NCBI GenBank assembly: GCA_963575745.1
Contig: CAUYUJ010000148.1
Location: forward strand, 310,001-374,000
Origin: Prorocentrum cordatum
Taxonomy: Eukaryota
Direction: 5' to 3'
DNA length: 64,000 bases
Numbering within the stretch: the first letter of the stretch is position 1; each line of letters begins with the position of its first letter. Below, piece by piece: positions 27,201-39,487 of the stretch. The notes beneath the pieces were generated by a model that did not search any database, was not told the origin of the DNA, and saw only the letters and a program-made list of their open reading frames with translations. The position numbers and the translations under genes were made by a program.

Positions 27201-30200
27201 CGCCACGGGGTATGTCATCTTCGCGTTCGCACCCAGACTGTGAGGATGGTTATAGCGGTGCGCTTGCTTGGCGGTACAGACACTATGTTGAGAGCCTCAT
27301 GATCATCGCGACGTGCCAGGCGTGGAACTGGGGCACCTCAAGGGGGAGCCGACAGAAGGTAGATCAGATCCCGTTCGAGCCCAGGTTGTGGAGGGCCTCG
27401 AGCAATTCGCTTGGTTGGGGTCGCCAACTCCTCTGGCATGAGGGCATAATGGCCACCGCGATGTAAAAGACACAACCCTTGCGGTCCTCCAAACGGGAGC
27501 CGCAAGAGGGCATTCAGTTTGAAAGCTCGCGCCCAGAATGTGAGGATGTCTCGGGCGGTTCGCTGGTTTGGCGCTGCTGACCGCCCTCCCTGTCTCCTTC
27601 CGTTTTCCTGCATGTGGCACAATTCGCATCAACGGCATCCCCGTTGTCATTGCTCTTACGCCAGCGCAGTTACTCTGCCTAGCCGCCGACGTAAAAAACA
27701 TCGCTTGGAGATGCCAACTGCTATTGGTTGGCAGCCTCATGATCCAAAGGATGCACGAGGCATAGCGCCTGGGCACCGCAGGGGGGCGTCACGCTTGCCC
27801 GTTCGCGGCAGGAGTGTAGGGAGGTCTCCTGCGCAACGCTGGTGCTGGCATTCCCGACTCCTCTCCTCTCCAGGGCCAAGGCCCAGTGATCACCGCGATG
27901 TAGCAGGCTTACCACTGGGGCACCCCAAGGGGGGGAAAATCAGGAGGGAATGGACGCGGTCTCATCTCGTGTCAAAGCGCCATGGCCACGACGACGTAGG
28001 CGTCCTAGCACTGGGGCGCAACAAGGGGGAGCCGCCAGGGGGGCAGGACACTCGACTTTCGACTTGCCAGCCTGGCGCTGACATGCCCAGAAGATGGGCG
28101 TTCCGACGACGCAGGGGGAGGCCTAAGCAACAATGCACCCCTTGAGTTTGTGAGTTTCTTCCAGAGCATTGGCTCGTAGTGTGGTTTCTCTGTTCTCCCT
28201 CCCCTACTCCTTCTCCTCCCCCCCGCCTGTTCTTCCCCTCCCTCCACAACGTGGCGCCATTAGTTGCTTCAATCGTTTGACTCGCCAGTGCACCGTTTGA
28301 ACGCCTGGATTGACTGACTGACAACCCCCCTACCTCCTCCACTCAGCCGCCTCCTCCCTCCCTCACCCAGACTCAGACTGGCTCATACATCAGACTCTTT
28401 CGTGCTCAGACTCAACCACATTCAGGCCCATGTCGCTGATACTCAGGCTCACCCAAACTTAGACCACCCACGTTGAGATCCACTCGTGCCCAGCCTAGTC
28501 ATACTCAGACCCATACACACCATCCGCTCAGGTTCAGACCATTCTCATTCACAATTGCACAAATTCTGACTCACTCCTGGTCAGACTCACTTATTCTCGC
28601 TCCTCATACCCAAGCTCGCTCATCTCAAGCTCACCGCAATGTCGCAGGCCTAGAACACGGGCAACCAAAGGGGAAAAAGCTGGGCAGGACACTTGCCCGT
28701 TAACGCGCAGATGTGGAAACGTTTTGGTAACCCCGACCCCTGCCTTCTCCAAGCCCCAAGTCCGTCCCGATGTAGCAGGCATACCAAGTGGGCACTCCAA
28801 AGGGGGAGTCGCCAGGGCACTCCCAGGCGCCACCGGCTAACATTCTCTTAACCAATTGCTCACAGACGGAAGTGCCGAGGCATGCTATGCACAGATCGGG
28901 AGATCCGCGTCGAATGACTACATCACTAGGCCTCGGTATCACTAACTCCCGCCGTCTCTTTCTACACTCAGAGTTACTCATGCACAGCTCCGTTCATGCA
29001 TGCGCAGGTACACTCATACGCAGGTCATCCACACAAGATCACCCAGACTGAGACTTACTCACATTCAGACCCCTCTGCACTCGGATCCATGCATACTCAG
29101 ACTCACTTGCGCTCAGATCCACTCACACTGAGACTTATGTATACTAAGACTCAGTCTCTGTCACACTCACTCACACTCAGAACCAGCCACGGTCAGACCA
29201 GTTCGCCCTCAGAACTTTTGGACTCACTCACAACCACGCTTAGCCGCAATATCAGCGCGATGTAGCAGGCATAACACTTGAGCCCCCCAAAGAGGAGCCG
29301 CCAGCGGGTATGTCATGTTCTCGTTCGCGCCCAGAGTGTGGTGCTGCCTCGGGCGAAATGCTGCGCTGGACCCCCCAGTGCCTTTCCTCTTAAAGCCCCA
29401 TGATCACCGCGATGTACCAGGCGAAGGACTTCGGCGACCGCGGAAGCATCCCCTGGGGTATGTCGTCTTCCACATAGCACTCAGATTGCAGAAATGTCTT
29501 ACGCGAAACGCTGTGCTGGTGGCCCCGACCCCTTGAATTTTATCATGATAACCGCCGCGATGTAACATTCGTGGCATTTGGGCACGCCACGGGGGATCCG
29601 CAACGGGGTATTTAGTTTTCCCGTTCGACCCCAGATTGCTGGGATGTCGCAGGAGGGTCGTGCATTTAGCTTCACCGAGCTGTTTGTTTGAGCGTCTCAT
29701 GATCACCGCGGTACACGCACTTGAGCGCTCCACAGAGAAGCCGCCAAGGGGGATGGAGTCTCCCTTGCCGCCCCGATTTCTGCTGAGTCTCCCTTGCCGA
29801 CCAAACCGTTTGGTATCCCCGACTCCTGTCCTTTGAGAGTTTCACAATCAAAATTATATAGCAGGGCCCAGGGCGATGCCACCAAGAGGTGTTGCACTTG
29901 CCGGTTTGAGGCCAGACGCTGGGGATGTCTCGTGCGAAACGCTGGTGCTGGCACCTCCGGCGCCTCCGACCCTCTCCACTCAGAGCCCCATGATCACCGC
30001 GACGCAGCAGGCATACCTCTGGGGCACCCCAAGGGGGGGCACCCCAAGGGGGGACACCAGGAGGTAGGAGTGAACTGCGTGGATTTGAAGCCGGATCAAG
30101 CTTGAAAGACTGCGTCTGTTTGAGGACGGATCCGGCTGAAAAGACACGTCGGCCTGAATGTACTGCGTGTTTTTAAAGCCGGATCCGGCTTCAAACACAC

Positions 30201-32556
30201 CCGGAAGTAGGACACTTGCCCGTGCTCGCCCAGGTTGCGGGGACGTCGCAAGCGAAATGCTGGCTGGCCACCCCCCGACTCCTCTCCTTTCGGAGAAATG
30301 TAAGACTCGGGTACGGGGGACTCGGGCTGACCTGACGGGGCCATCATGAAAATGACGAGACCCAATTTTCAAATTTGGCGCGAGCTCCCGCTGCTGACAT
30401 CCCACGAAAACTGGACCGTCAAAATCCAAGACGCGGTCGTCAAAAACTTACGTTTCCCCGATCCTTTCGGAGCCCCAAGGTCATCCCGATGTGGCTGGCA
30501 TAGCACTCGGGCACCCCGATGGGAAGCCGCCAGGGAGCGCCGGATCGCCCTAGACTGAGACTCTCTCTCTCTCTCTGCCTCTCACGCAGACGCTCACAGC
30601 GGATAATGCCAAGACATGGAATGCACAGCTGCAGGGGAGCAAACAGCGGCACAACCATAGACTTTTGGAGCTCCGTGCGGATTGATTGGGTCGGCACTGG
30701 GGGAGGGGGGCACGGCGGCGATCCCAACCAAAACGCGCGGAACTCCAACAACGTATGGCTGTGCCGCTCCTTGCCCATGGAAGAGATGTGGATCCCCGAC
30801 TTCGACCCTCGACCGCCGAGAGCGGCGGCGGCGACGAGGGCGGCGGGGGGAGTCCTCCGAGCCGGCGGCGGAGAGCGGCGACGAGAGGCGGCGGCGGCGA
30901 CGAGAGCTGCGTCACGCTCGGCATCCTCGAACTTCGACCCTCCAAATCTCGACCGCGGGGAGCGCCGGCGGCGGCGAGAGCGGCGGGGGGGGCCCTCCGA
31001 GTCCCAGCCGAGCGCCTCCGCCGCCCCGCGCTCGGCGCCGGAGAGCGAGGCCCAGCCCACGAACCACGTCGGGCTGCCTGGGGCGGGCGAGGGGATGGGG
31101 AGCGGAGGGGGGGAGGGCGGGCAGGGCAGGGCGCGGAGGACGGGCGGGGAGGCAGGAGGGGGAGGTGGGGACGGGCAGGGAGGCAGCAGTCATTCACACG
31201 TCTTTTACAGAGTCGGTGGGTCTGGCGGCGAGTATCCGTTCCAAGGATGACGGATTTCCGTTCCAAAGATGACACCGTTGCTGTCTTGGACGGTCCCGAC
31301 AACAACCTGTACCTCATTCTTGCGACGTTGGGTAGAGAATCGTCACGCTTCACCTGGGAGCTCGAAGGTGTGGTTCCTTCGGAAGTGGCTGTTTTAGACA
31401 TGTATCTTTCCAACCGGCCCCAAACATGCAAATTCACTTACAGGATACATGAGAAGACAGCCGATCCATGGACCCCCTTGGGCGCGGACAGTCTCCAAGC
31501 CCCTTTCGTGCACAGAGCGTGGCCGCTAGCCATGACGAGAAGGTTGTTTAGATTGTGCGGTTCCCCTTCCTCGCTAATCAGTACGCTTGGCGGATCGAAG
31601 GGCGCCCGAGAGCACCAAGCGCCAACTCTCCCACCTTGCATGCCATCGCGAAGGCGCGCTATCCCGCAATCAAGACTCCTCGTGCAACGCTGGGGAACAT
31701 GATCTGTCTTGTAGTTCCGTCTTTCCGGCAATGGGAACACATCGAGTTGGCCCGTGTCTTGCGCCGTCTCGACAAGAGATGGTCTGGCGCGACGGGCCTC
31801 GAGTCGCATCGAAGGTGGCGGCTAGGTGGCTCCAGCGTGATTCAGAAACTCACGGCTTGAAATCGCGATCATTGCTTTGAGCACGAAGACCGTGTGTCCC
31901 ATCACTGGGGGATGGTTGGGGTAGGACGGTGGTCTGATCCCTAGATTTCCTTTTCGTGCACGAGGGCAGGCAACAGAGCAAGGGCTCCAACGGCATTTAG
32001 GCCCACCGCGCTCAGCATCAGAGGAGACAGCAGGGCTAGCAAAATCCCTCAGGCCTCTTTTGCACGCTCTAGCAGCAAAAAACGCCAGAAACAACAGCAT
32101 AAGCATCAGCATCAGCATAAGGCTCACCATCATCATCAACATCAGCATGCTCATCATCATCAATACCTTCATGCTCATCAAAACAACAACAACCTCATCA
32201 TCACCATCAGCATCATCATCACCATCAACACCATCATCATCAAACTCATCATCAACAACAGCATCCTTCTCACCATCATCATCGTCATCATCATCACTGC
32301 CACCATCAGCATCATCATCACCACCATCTTCTGCAACATCATCGTCATCGTCATCGTCATCGTCGTCGGCATGGTCATGGTCATGGTAATGGACATGGTC
32401 ATGGTCATCGTAACCATAAGTATCATCATCAGCAGCATCAGTATCCTCATCAGCCTCAGCATCACAATCATCATCAACACCATACACACCATCATCATCA
32501 GCATCAGCATCATCATTAGTATCATCGTCATCATCATCATCATCGTCATCGTCGCC

Positions 32557-32614
<58 letters not shown>

Positions 32615-35600
32615 GTAGCAGCAGCAGCAGCATCATCTCCATCATCATCAGCAGCAGCAGCAGCAGAGTGGAGGGAGAGAGCGGGGCAGAGGCATGGCAG
32701 GGAGGCAGAGATGGGGGAGTGGAGGAGGAGGAGGAGGAGGAGGAGGAGGAGGAGCAGGAGGAGGAGGAGGAGGAGGAGGAGGAGGAGGGGGAGACAGATG
32801 AAGAGAGCGGCGTGGCAGAAGGGGAGTGAGGGGAGTGGAGGGGTGCACGGTTTCCCCCGGGGCCGTAGGCGAACCGAGGAGGAGGAGGAGGAGGAGGAGG
32901 AGGAGGAGGAGGATGGGGGAGGGAGGGAGGGAGGAAGGGAGGGAGGGAGGACGAGGAGGAGGAGGAGTAGGAGGAGGACGGATCGCCTAAGCCCTTCGGA
33001 GAAACCCTCCAGTGGAGGGGTGGAAGCTGAGAGGGAGGTGGATTTCGCGGGGAGGAGAGAGGGCTTGAGAGCAAGGATAGAGCCGGGTCGGACGAACGGG
33101 GGTGAGGTGCGGGGGGTGCAATCAAGGAGGGCAGTCAGCGAATCAGCTCACCCGATTCTCCCAGCGCCCCTAGGCGCCAGAAGCGCCACTGTATCGAGGA
33201 AGGCGCCCAGCGGCGCTCCCCCCTCTCGCGTCCGACCCGAGCGAGGAGAGGAGCGCCGCGCGGAGAGGAGAAGGGGAGGGGAGGGGCGGCAAAAGGGGAG
33301 AGGGAGCGTCGAGTTTGGAGGGCGTGTGGATTCACACCACTTCCTCCCCCCCTTCCTCCTCGTCCCCCTCCTCATGATCTTCTCCGCGCCTCCTCCTCCT
33401 CCTTTTCCTCCTCTTTGTCTTCCTCCATCCTCCGTCCTCTTCCTCCTCTCCCTTCAGGAGGGAGGAGTGGGAGGAGGAGGAGAAGACCAGAGTCAGGCCC
33501 CGATCCCGTCAGGCCCCGATCGCGGACCCCGCCCGAGAGGATCGAAATGGGGACAGAAAGACCGGGGGCGAAGGCAACCGCAATCCATGCTCACTTGTTT
33601 TGTCTTTGACCAGCTCACGTTGGATTATCTAAGTCTGCTTCGACCAGGCAGTCAGGGTGGCGACCCCTGCGCAGTTCTCAAAATATTAGGTCAATGCAAC
33701 CCCTGCTCACCTTGAGGACAGGACTCGCTGCTGAAGTTGCCGCGGGCGGCGGCCCCTTGGGACTTACGTCGCCTGGCCAACAGGGGACGACGACATCTGC
33801 AAGGCATGGGCTGGTACATGTCCGCTGCCCAGGTGAGCCGACCTCTCAGGACCCCGGGGGCTGGTGGATGTGGCCATAGTTGGGCCCCAAGGGAATCGAG
33901 TACATCCACATCAACCGCCTTCCGAGGCCCAGGAAGGTGGTTCATGGTAAGTATCTGTACGCCCCAACCTCCGAACATTCGCTGTTGGGTATTAGGAGGA
34001 CCAAAAGATACCCGTACTGCTACTCCACGGACCTCTCCTGGGGAGCGTCCTGAGCAGGACTTCGAGGCGAATCAGGCCGTGTCGACGAGGCGAGGCAAGC
34101 GGTATCAGTACATTCTCCTCCTCCGAGGAATCGCCCCCGCTTGGAGGCGGCCAGGGGGTCTTAACTAGCTGGGAGCCCATACCATCGGTCAGACTAGACG
34201 GGAAGATGAAACCAAATCCGCTCAAAATCGGTCCCCCAAACCCTCCCGGGGGTACAACTAGTGAAATGCTGCATCCTGGACCCGTTTCTGATGGCCCCAG
34301 GGCCCGAAAACGGCCCCCAGAGGCCGAAAAAAGTAGAGCACTTGCTCGAGCCTAGAACCTCGACACTCTTCGATGCCCTTCCTGCTCGCCGGGACCACTG
34401 CTGCGCCACCTCGGACCCCCAGCCTGCTCCAAGCCCCCATGCTGCGTCCAGCGATGACTCCGTTAGACACAAAGACAGGGCCGTCCAGCAGCCCCCCGAT
34501 CGACACGAACCTGCCACACCTATGGGCAAACAAGGTGGGCCGACTGATCACCTGGGGAAACGCAAATGGAACACAGCGAACCCCTTTCCGTTTTCTGGGG
34601 GCGCCCACGGCCGCGCTGGGCGCGAGGCTGAGCACCCCGCCAGAGCGGCTCTGCCGCCCCCGGGCTACCAAATTCTGCCACGGTCCTGCGCGCGCCGGGG
34701 GTGGGAGCAGCGGCCGACGCTGGCGAGCCTGGAGCGCAGCCGTACCCGGAAGTTGGATGGCATAGCATGGGAGCCTCCCTGGTCATCCTGCTGACACTGG
34801 TGAATCGGCGCTACCCGACGATCATCGACGCAAAACGACGCGACGTACATCGACGCTATCAACGGCGTTATTTGCTGCTGTCACCCTCCTCTCGCGCACC
34901 CAAACGAAAAGCCGGCAGGCGATCCCGGTATTGTTGGCCGGGGAGCCGCGTGTGTGAACGAATGATTCGCGGCAAGCATCACGAGGGACAAGTGCAGAGA
35001 AGCCGAGGCAGGAGCACGCGCGACGCTAAATCGACGCAAGTCGATGCAACATCGGCGCATGATCAAAGAGTACCAGACGCTGGCGCACTCTAAAGACGGA
35101 GTTATGAAGGCATATAAGGCTATCATGATTTGCTACCGAACCTGAGGTTGACAAGCTCAAAGGAGATGGCAGTCTTAGAAACGCGCCCGCAAAAAAATCC
35201 GAGAATCCTTAAGATCGGCATCGAAAACAAATGATGCCAATCATAGGGATGCTGCCGATGTGCTGTCATGGCACGGCGTCTGAACTGACTGTTCATAGGA
35301 ACGGGTATATGTTTCAGGCTGGCGAGGCCTGCGGTGTGTTCTGAGCCACCTAGATGGTGGGCTTGGTTTCCACCGACACCACCCGTCATGGGAGGGGGGG
35401 GTCCGGTTCCCCCCCCCCCCGACCCTGAAAGCGACCACAGAGCGCGCTCTTTCCAAGGTCCCAAGACAGTAACGAAAACTAGTCGGGATGAAACAGACGC
35501 TCGAACCGAACTAGCCCAATGTGACAGAAGCGACCAGACCGACGGAATTGCAGACACCCTCGGTGCAGGCGCAAGAAAAGCGATGCCTGCCCTCCTTCTC

Positions 35601-38600
35601 CTCTTGCTCTTCCCGTGCCCGGGTCCACTTGACTTTCCTGGTCATGTTCGATGACTTGCTAGACGGCTCCTCGAGCTATCCCTCCTCCTTCTCCTCCCCC
35701 TCCTGTCCATCTTCTACGTTGTTTCCTCGTCGTCCTGCTCGTCCTCGTGCACCACGTCGCCGTCCTCCTATGCCTGCACTGTTCGGCTGTTTGCCGCGAG
35801 GCGTCTTATATAAGCACAACCGACCGCAAACAGTCAGAGGTGAACTCCTCCAACCTGCAAATCATGGACGATGCTACTGGATGGGGTCTGTGGGTGTGAT
35901 CGGAGATTGAGACTTCCCTTGACTTTTCCACACTGAGACAAGAAACAAGAATGTGTCATTACTGCATGGGTTGAGCAACTTCTTTCCTGCTTGACATGGA
36001 GTGAAGCAACCACACACACACGAAACAGTAGGCACCTGCGGGTTACATGCATGCCACGCACGCAGTGCGAAGAGAGCGGTCTTCCCTTGGGCCATCTGGA
36101 AACTTTGAGGCAGAGGGCCGAACCCCGCGCATTGGCGCGCAGGAAAAACTGATGTCCATGTTCCAGCCCCCCATGTGCCAACCGGAAAGCGTTGGGCTTC
36201 TCTTAGGCGACGAGAAATTTGAGGTCCCACCCAGAACCGACCCCCATTCATTCCCACAGGTGAGCGTTTTTTTGTACGGCGTTTCGACATTGGGAGGAAG
36301 GGGCGGGGGAGGGGGCGGGTCTGGCTCCGGACCTCTGCTTAGTGCGACTGTTTGCAGCAGTGCGTCCATCATGGGGAAGGCTCCACCTGCTCGAAACAGG
36401 CGCCCAAAGCAGCCAAGATCTACCTCAGGGGGGGAGGGGGGGGGTGCGAAGGCCCGCACCGATCGGCACAACAACGAACAACAAAAACAACCACCGGCTC
36501 GCCGAGGGTGGGCCGCGGTCTCAGCATTCTCCCCGTTCGTAGAGCAGCGTGCGCACACTCGAAGTGGAACTGATCATCTGCCAAGCTTGTGCTGGCGCCA
36601 CGGCTAACATCGTCTTGGTCAGTATGAGCATCAGAAAGCCTGTTCCCCCAAGGGGACCAGTTCGGGTCTCCCTCGTGCAGTTGCTCCAGAATGTAATGGC
36701 CTTCCTCGCAAAAGAACAGACTATCCGTATATTGGCCATCGACTGTGATCATGACTCGGGGAGGGGGCTGGACACATACCACCAGCAAGTGTGTGCGTGT
36801 GAAGTGGCTCCCGACAGAACCAGTCCATGATCACTCTGTACGTACTGCACGAGATGATTCGCTCCGCATTACCACTCCTAGGGCCTTCAATCCACCCGTC
36901 CCAAGCAACTCGCTCGGTAGTCAAGAGGGACCCTCAGAAATCATGCAATGACTTTGCTGGAAGGCAACGACTATCAGCGGCTCGATTTCGCACGCGCCCT
37001 TTACGGCAGACTCCGATCCGCTTCCGAACCGACGGTGTCTGCGTATTTCGACGCTCTGGCTGCAGACAGAGGCGGAGAAGGAGGAGGAGGAGGAGGAGGA
37101 GACGGAGAAGGAGGAGGAGGAGGAGGAGGAGGAGGAGGGGATCGGAAGGCTGTAGAGCTGCGCGCACGCAACCCCTCGAGGTAGTCGCGGCTGTCCTCCA
37201 CAGGCCCCCAATGGCAGTTTGTCGCGGACTAGACAGCTGGGGCTGAATACCCTGCCCAGGCAGCCTGTGGAAAGCAGTCAGGACAACCTCTGAGGGCTGT
37301 CTGCGCGCGACCCCGAGGAAGGAAGGGAGGGATGGAGGAGGGAGGGAGGGAGGGAGCGATGGAGGGAGGGAGGGAGGGAGGGGCGGAAGAGCGTGGCGAA
37401 GGTGGGATCTCTGCCCAACCCCTCACCCCGGCGGGCGGCGGCTGTCCCCAACCGAGGGTCTTCCAGCAGACTCGTTCCTCCTTCGAGAGGCCCTCCCACA
37501 CCAGCTCCTCCGAGAGGGGGGACACCCAAGAGGCACGTGTGGACAGAGGGGGCGGGATGAGGGAGGAGGGGAAGAGCAAGCGAGGCGCTCCCTGATAGGT
37601 TGCTCGAGGTAACCCTGGGGACACTGAAAGCTAACATGCTGACACGCACCACCCGAGTGAGAAGAGGGGCAACGATAGGGAGGGGGACTGGCTCCGTGGG
37701 GTGAAACATCGACATAGGATCGGCGACGCAACGCCGACCGATCGGCGACAGGCCCCCTGATAGCAAATCCGCGCGTTCCCGAGCATGGTGGGGCTGTCAG
37801 ACCCCTACTGGTGATGAATAGGCGATCGGGGGTCGATGCATCCCACCGAGACGATGCCCCCCATACCTGTGCCGCCGAAGGAACCGGACCTCCAGTCCGT
37901 GGTTTCCTGACCACATCACAAAACATCCGCCGACGCCGTCGGCGTGTGTGAGGGGCTTGTCTGTTCGAGTCGTCGTCTCCGTCAGTCGTCGTTACCGTCG
38001 TCCCCTTTCCCTGCACCCGCCTCCTCCTCAGCGAGATCTGTCAGCGAGAAAAAATCTAGCGATGTCGTAATCGAGCCGAAGGGAAGCTCTTTCCCTTTGA
38101 TCCATCCCCCGTCGGTGGGGGGGGCGGTCCCGGTGGGGGGCCCCGGCTCCGTCAATCGTCGTCTCCGTCGTCCCCTTTCCCTGCACCCTCCTCCTCCTCC
38201 TCCTCCGGGCTGTCAGCGATAAAAAAATCTAGCAATGTCGTAAAATCGAGCCGAAGGAAGCTCTCGGCGATCCCGGTGGGGGGTCCAGGGCAGGTCCCAG
38301 GGGGGTTGGTGGTGGGGCCCAAGACAGGCCAAGAGTGGCCCAAGAGGCCCCCAAGACGGTCCAAGAGGGCCTCCCATCGCCAAACGAATCATCTGTTTAA
38401 AACGCCTTCACGCCCTCAAGACTGCCCAGGAAGCTTCCAATACGCCCCAAGAAGCCTCAAATACCACTCCCGAAAAGAGCCCCACAAGACAACTCATGTG
38501 ATTTACTGCTGGCCTTTTCAAAAGATGTGGGAATTCTGGTCTTTTCCGCTCACCGCCGCTTCAAGGCGGCCAAAGAGGCCCCCAAGATCTCCCAAAGATG

Positions 38601-38946
38601 GCCCAAGAGGCCTCCAACAGGGCCCGAAACAACCAACGAATATCTCAATACACCCTCCCACGCCTCCAAGACGGCCTAAGTGAGAGGGCTCCAGAAATGC
38701 GCCCAGAAAAGGAACCCGAACGGACAAATTCGAGCCCTCGGCATCGAGAGGCTCCAGGAGGCCCCACGAGGTCCCCAAGAGGCCCCAAGAGGCCCACAAG
38801 AGGTCCACAGGAAGCTCGAGGAGGCCCCAGTTTTTCCCAAGAGGCCCACAAGGGGCTCCCAAGAGGCCCCAAAAGTCCTCCCGAGAGGCCCCAGAGAGCT
38901 TCCCGAAGAGTTCCGATGAAGCATCCCTCTGCCCCACGTCAGCGTT

Positions 38947-38981
<35 letters not shown>

Positions 38982-39440
38982 TCCCCTTCAGGGTCGGCGG
39001 CGCCGGCCGCAAGGCCTTCGCAATCAGGTAATTACGAAACAGGAGGAGGGGGACGACGACGACGACACTCATCACATCGTCGACCTCCCACCCCACCCAT
39101 CCCCTTCTCTGAAGCACGCTCGGCGGTGCAACGCTGGAATGGCTGAAAATATTTCTCCCCACATTCACGGGTTTACGTCCTCACCCTGGCGCCTGAGCAG
39201 ATCAAAGTAGGCCGAAAAAGAGAAGTGGCATGACAATAGAGCTCAGCATGGGAGGACACAGGGTCGCTGGAACTAGGAGCTGTGCGCACTGACACACAAG
39301 AAGCGTACTGCTCCACGAGGGCGCTTGCTGACTTCAGAACTGCTGAGCCAAGGATGGGAACGCTGTCTGCTACTGTCACCAGCATGTCATATACTGGCGC
39401 AGCTCGAATCTGGAAAACCAATGGGGAGGTATGCAGACAC

Positions 39441-39487
<47 letters not shown>

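Noticed and set aside
27295..30540. CRISPR-like array of conserved cores with variable spacers
   Set aside because: The cores are degenerate, the spacers are about 100 nt and similar to each other, there are no cas genes, and the context is eukaryotic.
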